NCBI GenBank assembly: GCA_964291215.2 | Contig: OZ219790.1 | Coordinates: 1,632,001-1,696,000 of the forward strand | Source: Alphaproteobacteria bacterium | GTDB lineage: Bacteria; Pseudomonadota; Alphaproteobacteria; MPNO01; UBA830 | Direction: 5' to 3' | DNA length: 64,000 nucleotides | Shown: positions 19,980 to 29,606 of the stretch, one piece after another | Layout of the letters: every line of letters starts with the position of its first letter | Numbering within the stretch: position 1 is the first letter of the stretch | Position numbers and translations under genes: made by a program | Notes under the pieces: model-generated | The model's input: the letters and a program-made list of their open reading frames with translations, nothing else | Databases searched by the model: none | What the model was told of the DNA's origin: nothing

Positions 19980-22900
19980 ATCGCGGTAGGGAACCGGGTT
20001 ACCCCGGTCCCCCCGCACGGATCCGGACGTGCGCTGTTCGCATCCGGCTCTTCCCTCAAGTCCTGACGACAAGGCGCTGGCTTGGCCACGGGTGGCGGAT
20101 GCTGGCTCAGTGGGCAGCGATAAGGGTGTCCAAGACCCTCCAATCGGTGCGGTCCTTTTGGAAGCGTCGCCGAAGGGCACGCAGCAGTTTGCATTGGTAT
20201 ATGAACTCCCGCAGGCTGCTTCCCGGAACGGCGTAGTAGCAGCCGTTGATAACTCACCACTTGGCCGTCTTGTGCCGGTTGTCGTGCCACCGCATGCGCA
20301 AGGCCTCATTGATCCGCCGCAAGGTGCCCGTTTGCGAGACGGTTTGCGACCAACCCTGAACCTGCCTTTCCTCGTCTGCTCGCAGAAGTGCGTCATGCCG
20401 AGGAAGTCGAACGTCTTGCCCACGCTTCCGGCGGTTCGCTCTGGCAAACCGACCGAACTCGATGATTGTCCGGGTGCAGTTCAAGCGGGCCAGTCTCTCC
20501 CCAAGGTCCCAGCGCTGCGCATCACCCAGATGCTGAAAGCCGCACACGAAGTCGTCCGCATAGCGGACAATGATCGTGTCAGCCATCCGCTTGCGCCAGT
20601 GGTTCTGGAACCAGTCGTACGTAGTGCAGGTTCGCAAGGCATGGCGATACGACGCCCCGAACGCAAAAGGTAACTCTCGCCTTCGGGTCCGCCGTTGTCG
20701 GGTTTCGACGGGTCCGCGCCCGGCGAGCCCGAGATCGGGATGGAATGGCGGATAGTGATTTTGTCCTCGGTGACAAGTATCTCCTTCACGAGGAGCCGGA
20801 CGATACGCTGCCGTTCGGCGATGTCCAGAGTTTCGGCTGACGAACGCAGCCGCGCCAGAAAGCCGGTCAGAGTCTCGGCGAGCCGAAGATAAGTCTCTCG
20901 ATCCTTGGCCCGATCGACAGTGGATTGCAGTTCGCGATGCAACGCTTGTTCCTGACGGCGGAGCTCGGGCGTTCTGTTGCGCAACTCGTCGATGGTGATC
21001 AACTCCTCCTGATAGGCCGTGACGAGGCGGTCGATGGCCTTGCGGACCCAGCCGATGCCGAAGGTCGGCTGCTGGCTTGGATCGGAGACACGGGCTGCCT
21101 CCAGTCCGATCTCTGCTTTCACGAGCGCCGGATCTTCGAGCAAGCGGACCAGCCATACGATGTCATCGAGCAGATGCACGGGACGGCTGTTGCACAGCGG
21201 GCCGTTGAGATGGCGCCAGGCGTCGGAACCCAGGCAGCGGTAGTAGGAGATCTTGCGCGCAGTGGTGCGGGCCGACGTGCGATACAGCGCGTAGCCGCAT
21301 TTGCCGCACGCCCCTGCGAGACGCTGGGCGTTTTGGTCCTACGCCTGGAGAAGACCTTGTTGCGTTGCTCTTCGGCGAGGGCGAAGGTCTCTTCGCTGAC
21401 GATCGCCGGCACTGGGATCTCGATCCAGTCTTCCCGCGGCCGTTCGTGACCGGCAGTGTTGCTGTCGGCGAACCCGTCGCGGCGGCGCAGAGGCCGCACG
21501 CTGCGGCGCAACCCGGGTCTTGCACGCCCTTCCCTTGTACTCCGCAGGATCACCACCGAGCGTTCCCAGCGCCCGGAAGACGTGGGGACACTTGTTGAGT
21601 GTGCGAGCGATCGCGCCGATGCTGACGTGATCTTCGGTGTAATGGCGGTAGATCACGGACGCCTGCGGTTCGGTGATTTCGTAGAAAGCGTCGCTGTCCT
21701 GGGTTTTCTTGTGGTAGCCATAGGGTGCGCCGGCGAGGACGGCGACCTCGCCGCGCCCGATGACGCTTGCCGCGACGGGAACGCTCCAGAATCTGCGCCC
21801 GCTCGTATTCCGCGATCATTCCCTGGACGAGGAGATGGTCTTCGGGGGTTTCCATCGACGGCAGGAACACGGTCTCAACGCCGGGCCAGCTCCTCGATGA
21901 TCAGAACCTGATAGGCGGCGGCTCAAGCGATCCGGGGCATGGACCAGGACGGCGCGCCCCTCCGCGGCGAGGTCCCTGACACGCGTTCGAGAACCGCGCC
22001 GGTATAGCCGTCATCCTCGATGACCATGTCGGGCGCCACGCAGTAGCCATGGCGTGTAGGCAACCAAGGCCTGGCTGGCGATCGTGTTGCTATCCCTGCT
22101 CGCCCGAGACCCACAGGGCTGCAATCTTCATGATCGTCTCCTACGTCGTGGGTTGGGATCTTGTGGGCCGGGCACCAGGATCGCGTAGGCGTTCTGGAGC
22201 TTGGCGGCGAGCAGACGATCAAAGTCAAGGTGAACGGCGGGCCGAGAGCTTGAGCGGCGTTCAGCAATGACGACCCATGTCCGAGCGTCTCAAAGCCCGC
22301 GCGACAATCTCCCCTATCGAATCGCCGCTGCTCCTGGAATGCGCCCGCAAAGCCTCCGTGCCTGGAATCTTGATGGTGATCGGGATCACCGCCTCGGCCG
22401 GCTGGCGCACGCCTCCTGGAGGTAGCGATACGCCGTGACAAACCGAAGCGCTGAGACAGGCACCGCTTCGCTTGCCGTCACGCCTTGGGCGAGCAAGGTG
22501 TACGCGGTGCCGCTCGACCTTTTGGGATCGCGATGATCGGGCCATTTGTCATAACGATATTACCGTTTGCGTCTCAAGTCAATCAAAGGGCGGTCGCGCC
22601 AATGCACAATTTCGCGCTCAAAGCGGAAGTTACCTTTTGCGTTCGAGGCGTTACAATCGCCCCTTGCGGTGTTCCCTTGCCAGTCGGTCCCTTCCATGAC
22701 GCCGGCGTCACTTGATGATCAGACCCCCCGATCCGTTTCTCAAGCATCGCAACCAGCTGGTCGCGGTTGTCGAAGAACCCCCGGGCGTCAACGATCCAGT
22801 TGACCTTCCACCGTTCCACCGTGACGGCGCATGATGCGCCCCGTCCGGAAGCCGTAACTAAACCCGAGGAACTCCGTCTCGCGGCACCAGAATCACACCG

Positions 22901-23625
22901 CCCGCTGAAGAATCTTGTCCTCCAGCGAGGCAAGCGGTCGTTGCCCTCCATCCTCCTTGGGTATGTAGACCCTGGAGGCGCCCGGTACGCACCCCTGTGC
23001 ACACGGGCGTGCAGGTCAACCAGACGGTCTTCCAAACCCTCCGCGTACGCTTGCCACACAACGCCCCGCCGCCGCGTCCTTCCTCAAGGAATGGAACGCA
23101 TCGTGCAGAATGTCGACCGTCACGTGGTGGAGTAAAGACGCTCTTCCGGGTTCCTCTTCGCTACCTGCGTTCAGCCGCCTGTGACCCCCGCTTCTGCGCG
23201 CGGCGCGGGCCAACCGCATTGCCCTTCCCTCAAACAACTCCGCAGGCTCCGAAGAACCCTTGTTCGCCGCCTTCAACGGTACTATGGCCGAATCTGACTT
23301 CTCGTTCATCATCGGTTTACGGATTAGTTCCTTTCCTCTGCGGCCCCTCCACGACAGAGGGGCAAGACCTCCCAGGTCCCTGCTTCGGCCATGGTTCTCA
23401 GACCCCGCGGAGCCCCCGTCTGCCTCACCAATACGGCACACAGGGTGTTGCCTTCGGCCACGACCTCGGCACTCCGGTTTCACAGAATCTCGTGGCTCAA
23501 TAGCCCGGCCTGCCGCTCACCAACGCTTCGCCTCACGACGCATGGTTCACGGAGAAAGTGGTGGTTAGCCTCTCTTCCTGCCGGGACTTGCACCCGGCAA
23601 CATTCCACCAGTTAGCCTGGCGCAC
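19980..23625 (-). mobile_element. Group II intron 2, nested in intron 1, degenerate RT retaining YADD
   Basis: 5' GTGCGCCAGG at 23625. 3' AGCCGGATGCG...CACGTCCGGATCCGTGCGGGGG...CCTACCGCGAT ends at 19980. IVRYADDFV, GTPQGAIV. Confidence 0.85.
20648..22654 (-). mobile_element. Large serine recombinase element (degenerate) integrated in the intron 2 RT gene
   Basis: Fragments DDGYTGAVLER, APDRL, GMIAEYERAQILERSRRGK, EIPVPAIVSEETF, C-terminal ESYLLRSGR. 24-bp inverted arms at 20652-20675 and 22628-22651. Confidence 0.85.
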
Positions 23626-23921
23626 CCAGCAACTCCGCAGGCTCCGAAGAACCCTTGTTCGCCGCCTTCGACGGTACCATGGCCGAATCTGACTTCTCGT
23701 TCATCATCGGGTTACGGAATAGTCCCTTTCCTCTGCGGCCCCTCTACGACAGTGGGGCAATTGAAAGACCTCCCGGGTCCCTACTTCGGCGTGTGCCATG
23801 GTTCTCGGACCCCGCGGAGCACCTGCTCGCCTCACCATCGCGGCTCGCAGGGTGTTGCCTTCGGCTTGGCGGACCATCTCGATACTCCGGTTTGACCTGA
23901 ATCTCGTGGCTCGATAGCCCG

Positions 23922-24761
23922 GTCGGGTAGGCCGCTGGCGCGCGCATCCTTAGGCGAAGGCTTTATCCGTCACCGCTCTTTCGATTGCGGGCGGGTTCGC
24001 AGAATCGCCATAGACCACGTTTCCAGCAGCCCCCCTAAAATTCCGTACGTCCGGTTTTCCCGGTTCAAGCATCAGGCACCCACTTGGAGTTCGGTGCGGA
24101 GCCTTCCCACGCCATGGTCAAGGCTGACCCAACCATACCCACGGCATCTCCGAGCGTTTGCTCCGTCCTTCGGCCTTGCAGTCTGTCGGTCGGTGCCGGT
24201 CTCTGCGTACCGGCTTGACCTGCCGCATAGGCCACCTGAGCCCTGAGGTCCTCGTTCGGGACGGGTTGTGTTGTCCCGCCCGTAAACGCTTAGGCGACCT
24301 CATCCGCCAGTCAGGAGGACTCCGCGTCCTTTCCCGTTTCCCGGTTATAGACGCGGTCCTTGACGGGTCACTTCATCCTGTCTGTCCTCCTCACCTTCCG
24401 GTCTTTCACTGCTGATCTGTCCCGGATTGCCGCCGTCTGTACCCCGGGGAACCCGATGCGTGTTCCTCCGTTCTTCCGCATCGACACTGGCCATCGGGTA
24501 GCAACCTTGGCGTTCACCGTCTATCCCACAAATCAGCTTCGTGTGGGTGGGGAATTTCGGGGCTTCCCGTTCGCTTTCGCCCTCCGGTTTGCTCGCCGCC
24601 CTGGCTGACCGAACCGGCTGGACACTGCGTTCCAGCCAGCCCACAACGGCTTCCTACGTCCCAGCTCGCTGGTCCAGGGTCGCCCCTGAACCAATGCTAC
24701 GGCGCCAAACTGAGAATTGCGGGACTTTCACCCGCAAGATCAGCAGCTAGACTCGCTGCAC
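23922..24761 (-). ncRNA. Group II intron 3, ORF-less, nested in domain I of intron 1
   Basis: 5' GTGCAGCGAG, GCGGGTGAAAGTCCCGC, domain V-like GGAAAACCGGACGTACGGAATT, long domain VI ending CCTACCCGAC. No RT motifs seen. Confidence 0.75.
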
Positions 24762-24879
24762 GCCTGCCGCTCCCCAACGCTTCGCCTCGCGACGCATGGT
24801 TCACGGAGGAAGTGGTGGTTAGCCTTTCTTCCTGCCGGGACTTTCACCCGGCGACATTCTGCCAGTTAGCCTGACGCAC

Positions 24880-25063
24880 CCACCGGATAGTCGCACCCGA
24901 ACCCGTCCAGCGCTCCCGGTCGATCCCGATAGAGCGCCGGCGCCTTGCGCTTCATCAGCGCGCCGCCTCCCGGATGCGTTTCCACATACAGACCATGCGG
25001 AGGCTGGAGCCCCGGAAGCAGCTGGCACAGCCCGCTCGTCGCCTTCGATCCAAAGTAGCCCAC
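24880..25063 (-). pseudogene. DNA adenine methylase (Dam/D12-class-like) N-terminal remnant, IS66 passenger
   Basis: MGYFGSK...PPH..YVETH.GGGA resembles the Y.GGK...Y.EPF.GG(G)A SAM-binding motif; further copies start at 28190 and 30795. Confidence 0.7.
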
Positions 25064-25091
25064 TGGCGGTCCCCATCGTTCTCAATGACCG

Positions 25092-25120
25092 TCACTAAAC
25101 GAATCGGGCTGCAGTGTCAA
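25092..25120 (-). promoter_or_regulatory. Putative sigma70 promoter in an IS66 left end
   Basis: TTGACA-17bp-TAGTGA on the minus strand. Confidence 0.55.
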
Positions 25121-25372
25121 ATCTCCACAAAAACCCGTTCGTTGCTCTACCCCGACATCAAGCCGGAACCAGGGGGGTGAACAGTTACCAATCACCAAAA
25201 TAAACCTCTGCGGAGATCGTCATCACCGCACGAACGAACGCTTACGTCGCAATCGTGCCGACGAGAAAAGAGCCGTAGCGGCTGTGATATGCTGGCGAAC
25301 CAGCATTCCCGACTTGTCCGGCGAGCAGGCGGGGTCCCGGGGATTTCGCATCTGGGTGTTCCGGAAGTTCAC

Positions 25373-27355
25373 ATGGTTTCTCGGACGACTGATATCGACG
25401 ACGCCCTGATCCGGGGCATTGCCGCATCTGCCTTCGATACCGCAAGAGACGACGCCGAAGCGGTCTTGGCATCTGTCCTGCCGGATCTCGACGCCGTGCA
25501 ATTACGCCTCCGAATCGAGACCGTACGGAACACCAACGCCGGCGCACCACCGAGCCGCGCGTCGGAAAGGGAGTTGGCGACATTTCGCCAGCTGTTGGCC
25601 GAGCGGAAACTCGACGGCTTTCTCGTTCCGGTGGCAGACGAATATCAGGGGGAGTTCATCCCGCCCAGCGCACAACGCTTGAGATGGCTCAGCGGTTTCA
25701 GCGGATCCGCCGGGCTCGCCGTCGTCCTTGTGGACAGGGCCGCGATCTTCGTTGACGGCAGATACGAGTTGCAGGCCATTGACCAGGTCGATGCCGATAT
25801 GTTTGATTTGCATCATCTGACGCGGTCCCCGCCGCGCGACTGGCTTGCCACCCACGCCAGATCCGGCGCGCGGGTAGGCTTCGATCCGTGGATTCACACA
25901 CCAAACGGCCTCCGCGGCCTCAGCGAAGGATGCCGAAAGGCAGGCGCCGAACTTGTGCCCGCGGTGCCCAATCCCGTCGATACGGTCTGGACTGACCGTC
26001 CGCCGGAGCCAGTCGGCCCGGTGGCGCCGCACGAAATCCGCCACGCCGGCGTCAGCGCCGAGGACAAGCGCCGGCAAATTGCCCGGAAGATCGCCGGACA
26101 AGGGCACAAAGCAGCGGTGATCAGCGCGCCGCCCTCCGTCGCGTGGCTGCTCAATGTACGCGGATCAGACATCGCCAACACGCCACTCCCGCTGAGCCGG
26201 GCCATCATCTATGCCGATGGCCGCGTCGACTGGTTCATCGATCCGCGCAAGGTCGGCGATACCGTCCGCGCAGCGCTTGGTCCGAAAGTCGTGGTCCGGG
26301 CTCCGGACGGATTCGGCCAAACGCTTGACCGTCTTGGCAGTGAAGGCGCCTCCGTCCTGGCCGATCCCGCGACGACACCAGAATGGATCGTGCGGCGGCT
26401 TGCCGACGCGGGCGTTGCGTCCTCGACCAGCAGCGACCCCTGCGAGGCGGCCAAGGCGACAAAGAACCCGGTAGAGCTTGACGGCGCCCGCGCCTGCCAC
26501 ATCCGCGACGGCGCCGCGCTGTGCGAATTCCTCGCATGGCTGTCCCGAAAAGCGCCGGGCGGCGGGGTGACGGAGCTTTCGGCAGCGGAACGCCTGACAG
26601 AATTGCGGCGGCGCGATGCGACCTACAGGGGTCCGAGTTTCGACACCATATCGGGGTCGGGACCCAACGGCGCGATCGTGCACTACCGGGTGTCGGAAAG
26701 GACGGATCGGACCATTGCTGATGGCGACATGTACCTTGTCGATTCGGGCGCCCAGTATCCCGACGGCACCACCGACGTCACGCGGACCGTCTTCATCTCC
26801 GGAGATGCCGCCACACGGCCCTCCGACGAGGCCAAGGACCGCTTCACGCGGGTGCTAAAGGGCCATATAGCCATTGCCACCGCCCGGTTCCCGGAGGGCA
26901 CCACCGGCGGACGGCTCGACACCCTGGCCAGGGCCTCACTGTGGCAGGCGGGCCTCGACTACGATCACGGCACCGGCCACGGGGTCGGAAGCTATCTCGG
27001 CGTTCACGAGGGGCCCCAGCGCATTTCGTCGCGCCAGGATTCGACGGCCCTCGAGCCCGGGATGATCCTCTCCAACGAGCCCGGCTACTATCGGCCCGAC
27101 GCGTACGGCATTCGCATCGAGAATCTCGTCGTCGTGCAGAAATGGGAAGGTGGCGGAGAGGACGGCCGGAACATGCTGTGTTTCGAGACTCTCACTCTTG
27201 CACCGATCGACCGCTTCCTCATCGAATCCGCGCTGCTGACGCCCGAGGAACGGAACTGGCTGAACGGTTACCACATATGGGTACGCAAAACGCTCGCCCC
27301 AAACCTGTCGCCAACGGCAAGACACTGGCTCGAAGAAGTCACGGCCCCGATCTGA
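25373..27355 (+). CDS. Aminopeptidase P family (Xaa-Pro aminopeptidase, M24); start uncertain
   Basis: WLSGFSGSAG, DSGAQYPDGTTDVTRT, HGTGHGVG...VHEGP, SNEPGYY, GIRIEN. Confidence 0.92.
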   Translation: MVSRTTDIDDALIRGIAASAFDTARDDAEAVLASVLPDLDAVQLRLRIETVRNTNAGAPPSRASERELATFRQLLAERKLDGFLVPVADEYQGEFIPPSAQRLRWLSGFSGSAGLAVVLVDRAAIFVDGRYELQAIDQVDADMFDLHHLTRSPPRDWLATHARSGARVGFDPWIHTPNGLRGLSEGCRKAGAELVPAVPNPVDTVWTDRPPEPVGPVAPHEIRHAGVSAEDKRRQIARKIAGQGHKAAVISAPPSVAWLLNVRGSDIANTPLPLSRAIIYADGRVDWFIDPRKVGDTVRAALGPKVVVRAPDGFGQTLDRLGSEGASVLADPATTPEWIVRRLADAGVASSTSSDPCEAAKATKNPVELDGARACHIRDGAALCEFLAWLSRKAPGGGVTELSAAERLTELRRRDATYRGPSFDTISGSGPNGAIVHYRVSERTDRTIADGDMYLVDSGAQYPDGTTDVTRTVFISGDAATRPSDEAKDRFTRVLKGHIAIATARFPEGTTGGRLDTLARASLWQAGLDYDHGTGHGVGSYLGVHEGPQRISSRQDSTALEPGMILSNEPGYYRPDAYGIRIENLVVVQKWEGGGEDGRNMLCFETLTLAPIDRFLIESALLTPEERNWLNGYHIWVRKTLAPNLSPTARHWLEEVTAPI

Positions 27356-27639
27356 TCGAGGGTTTCCGCCTGTCCTGGACCTTGGCAACCAGATTCGACC
27401 GCCTGCAGGGACCGTGTGCAGGCGGAGAATGCCGGCGGCCAGTCCATTACCTCCCGGTCCGCCCGCAAAAGCCCAGCGACCGGCTTCGTCCCGCCGGCAC
27501 GGTAGCGGCGCCATCTGATCGCGGAGCCTGCAGGACAGGTTCGTCCATACTCAATGCTGCACGTAACTGCTCACCCCCTGGTTCCGGCTTGATGTCGAGG
27601 TAGGCAACGAACGGGTTTTCGTGGAGATTTGACACTGTA

Positions 27640-27990
27640 CCCAAGTTGGCACTTTTTGCGTCAGTTGAAGGGGAAATTTATGCGCCAGCCCCGCTCCATA
27701 TAGTATATGTTGGTGCTTCATGTGCTATACTCACTGTATCTGCGGTTTCCTGCCCAAGATGGCCGGTGTAATGCTAGGATATTGCCAATTCGCTCGACCC
27801 CGCCGCCAAACCCGGTATATCTGGAGCCTCGTCAACACAAAAGCCTCCAGCCAACATGTTCATCAGGGCAACCAAAACCCACAGCACCGCAGACGGCAAA
27901 CCCGTCCGCAGCCACCGGCTCGTGCTTTCTCAACGCATCGGCGACAAGGTCAGACAGCGCACCCTGCTCAATCTCGGCACCGACTATCCG
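27640..27990 (+). pseudogene. IS1634-family left end and transposase N-terminal remnant
   Basis: MFIRATKTH...HRLV.SQRIGDKVRQRTLLNLG from 27857. Confidence 0.65.
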
Positions 27991-28065
27991 GTGGGGGGGG
28001 GCTAGCCCCCCAGTGAAACGCGGCGCCATCGTGCTATCCCATGGAGCTGTAAACATTCATGGAGA

Positions 28066-29606
28066 GTAACTGCTCACCCCCTGGTTCCGGCTTGATGTCG
28101 GGGTAGAGCAACAAACGGGGTTTCGTGGAGATTTGACACTGCAGGCCGATTCGTTTAGTGGTGGTCATCGAGAACGATGGGGACCGCCAGTGGGCTACTT
28201 TGGATCGAAGGCGACGAGCGGGCTGTGCCAGCTGCTTCCGGGGCTCCAGCCCCCGCATGATCTGTATGTGGAAACGCATCTCGGAGGCGGCGCGCTGATG
28301 AAGCGCAAGGCCGGGTGATGGCGACGGGCGGCGCGCGAGGAGTTCGAAGCGGCCAAGACCGCGGCGCTGCCGGCAAGGTGGCGGAAGAGGCCGTGATCCG
28401 CGTCTTCGTCATCCTGCTCGACATCATCATCGTCGTCCTTCTGGAGAAGACCACGCACGAGCCGGAACTCCGGTCTGCCGCCGTCACAGACGGACAAGAG
28501 CGTGCCGGGAGCAAGGGCCCGAAGCCGAACCGGCAGATGGGCGACAACCTGCGCAAGACCATCGTCGAGGAGACGGTCGCGGCCTGCGACGCCTGCGGCG
28601 CCGACATCGACGGCCCCGTCGATCGGGAGCGCCGCGTCCTCTATGACATCGTGTTCGAGGTAGTCGAGCGCCGCACCGAGATCAAGAAATGCCCGAAGTG
28701 CAAGGCCCGGGGCCGGTTCCCCGACAACATCCCGTGCAGTACGGCATCGGCATTCAGGCCCTCGTCATCAACCTACTGGTCGCCCAAATGCTGTCCCTGC
28801 GCCGTGCCGTCGCGTTCGTGCAGGCGATCTCCGGCATCAAGCTCTCCGAGGCCTCGGCTATGCTTTCACGATGCGTCATGGGAGGAGGCCGCCGTGGCGC
28901 ACCTCCTGCAACGCCCGATGTCGACGATTTCGGATCAACAGTAAGTGGCTTCATGTCGTGGGACCCTGACGTGCAAGTTCCCGCACCGCAAGCGCGGCCG
29001 GGAGGCAAGAGATCGGCATCATCCCGTGCTACAAGGGCGTCCTGGGCCTCGTACATGGGCTATAACCAGTGTAGCCACCAGTTGTGCGGCAGCCACCTGC
29101 TGCGCGAACTGACCTTTGTTGTCGAGGCTACCGCGCGACTGATGAAGAGCCTGCTCCGCGAGGTCTGCCACAAGGTCAACAAAAGCGCATCCAAGACCCT
29201 GAACGACGCCGGGCCGTGCGCAAGCGCTACCGCACTATCCTCACTCAGGGCGCCAAGGAACTGCCCGACATCCCGCCGCCGCCGAAAGGAAAACGTGGAC
29301 GCAAGTCCGACGCGCACAACCTGCACGAACGTCTCGTGAAACACGAAAACCTGCGCTTCACAGACGACCCCAACGTCAGCTTCACCAACAATGCCGGAGA
29401 ACAGAAAATCAGGATGGCAAAGTTCAAGGTGTCCGGATGCTTCCGCTCCACGCAAAAGCATGGTGCCGGAGCTCAAGCTACCTCACCTCCATGGCCGCAC
29501 TCGGCTACAACCCACTCGTCGCCACCCAGATCGCCCTCGACGGAAAAGCCGCAGACATCATCAACGAGCACTATGAATCAGAACCCAACAAGGGGTGAGT
29601 AGATAC
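28066..29606 (+). mobile_element. IS66-family element (MTase remnant plus eroded transposase) with 8-bp TSD
   Basis: CATGGAGA|GTAACTGCTCACCCC ... GGGGTGAGTAGATAC|CATGGAGA. Transposase fragments NSGLPPS, CPKC, QLCGSHLLREL, FTNNAGEQKIRM. Confidence 0.9.
28133..28161 (+). promoter_or_regulatory. Putative sigma70 promoter in an IS66 left end
   Basis: TTGACA-17bp-TAGTGG; identical copy at 30738-30766. Confidence 0.55.

Larger units (their letters stand above)
18686..24879 (-). mobile_element. Group II intron 1 (outer), degenerate RT, interrupted by introns 2 and 3
   Basis: 5' GTGCGTCAGG at 24879. 3' domain V/VI CCGGATGG...GTCCGGATCTGTGCGGGAGG...CCTACCGCGAC ends at 18686. RT fragments KDAAAGVD, YIPKEDG, LEDKILQ, FLGFSYGFRPG. 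Confidence 0.85.
17801..25188. mobile_element. Cassette A: nested mobile-DNA block bounded by two inward-facing IS66-type left ends
   Basis: GTAACTGCTCACCCCCTGGTTCCGGCTTGATGTCGGGGTAG...GACACTGCAG at 17801-17879 (+) and a near-identical reverse complement at 25109-25188. No target duplication found. Confidence 0.8.

Noticed and set aside
18686-23625. RT fragments as a retron, DGR or defence RT
   Set aside because: They lie within clear group II intron 5' GTGCG and domain V/VI boundaries. No TR/VR pair or msr-msd is seen.
17793-25196. Target-site duplication around cassette A
   Set aside because: The flanks TAGATCTT and CAATCACC do not match, so movement as one unit is unsupported
27991-28014. 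GGGGGGCTAGCCCCCC palindrome as an IS200/IS605 end or terminator
   Set aside because: It is contiguous with the IS256 upstream region once the nested IS66 is removed, and no tnpA/tnpB is seen
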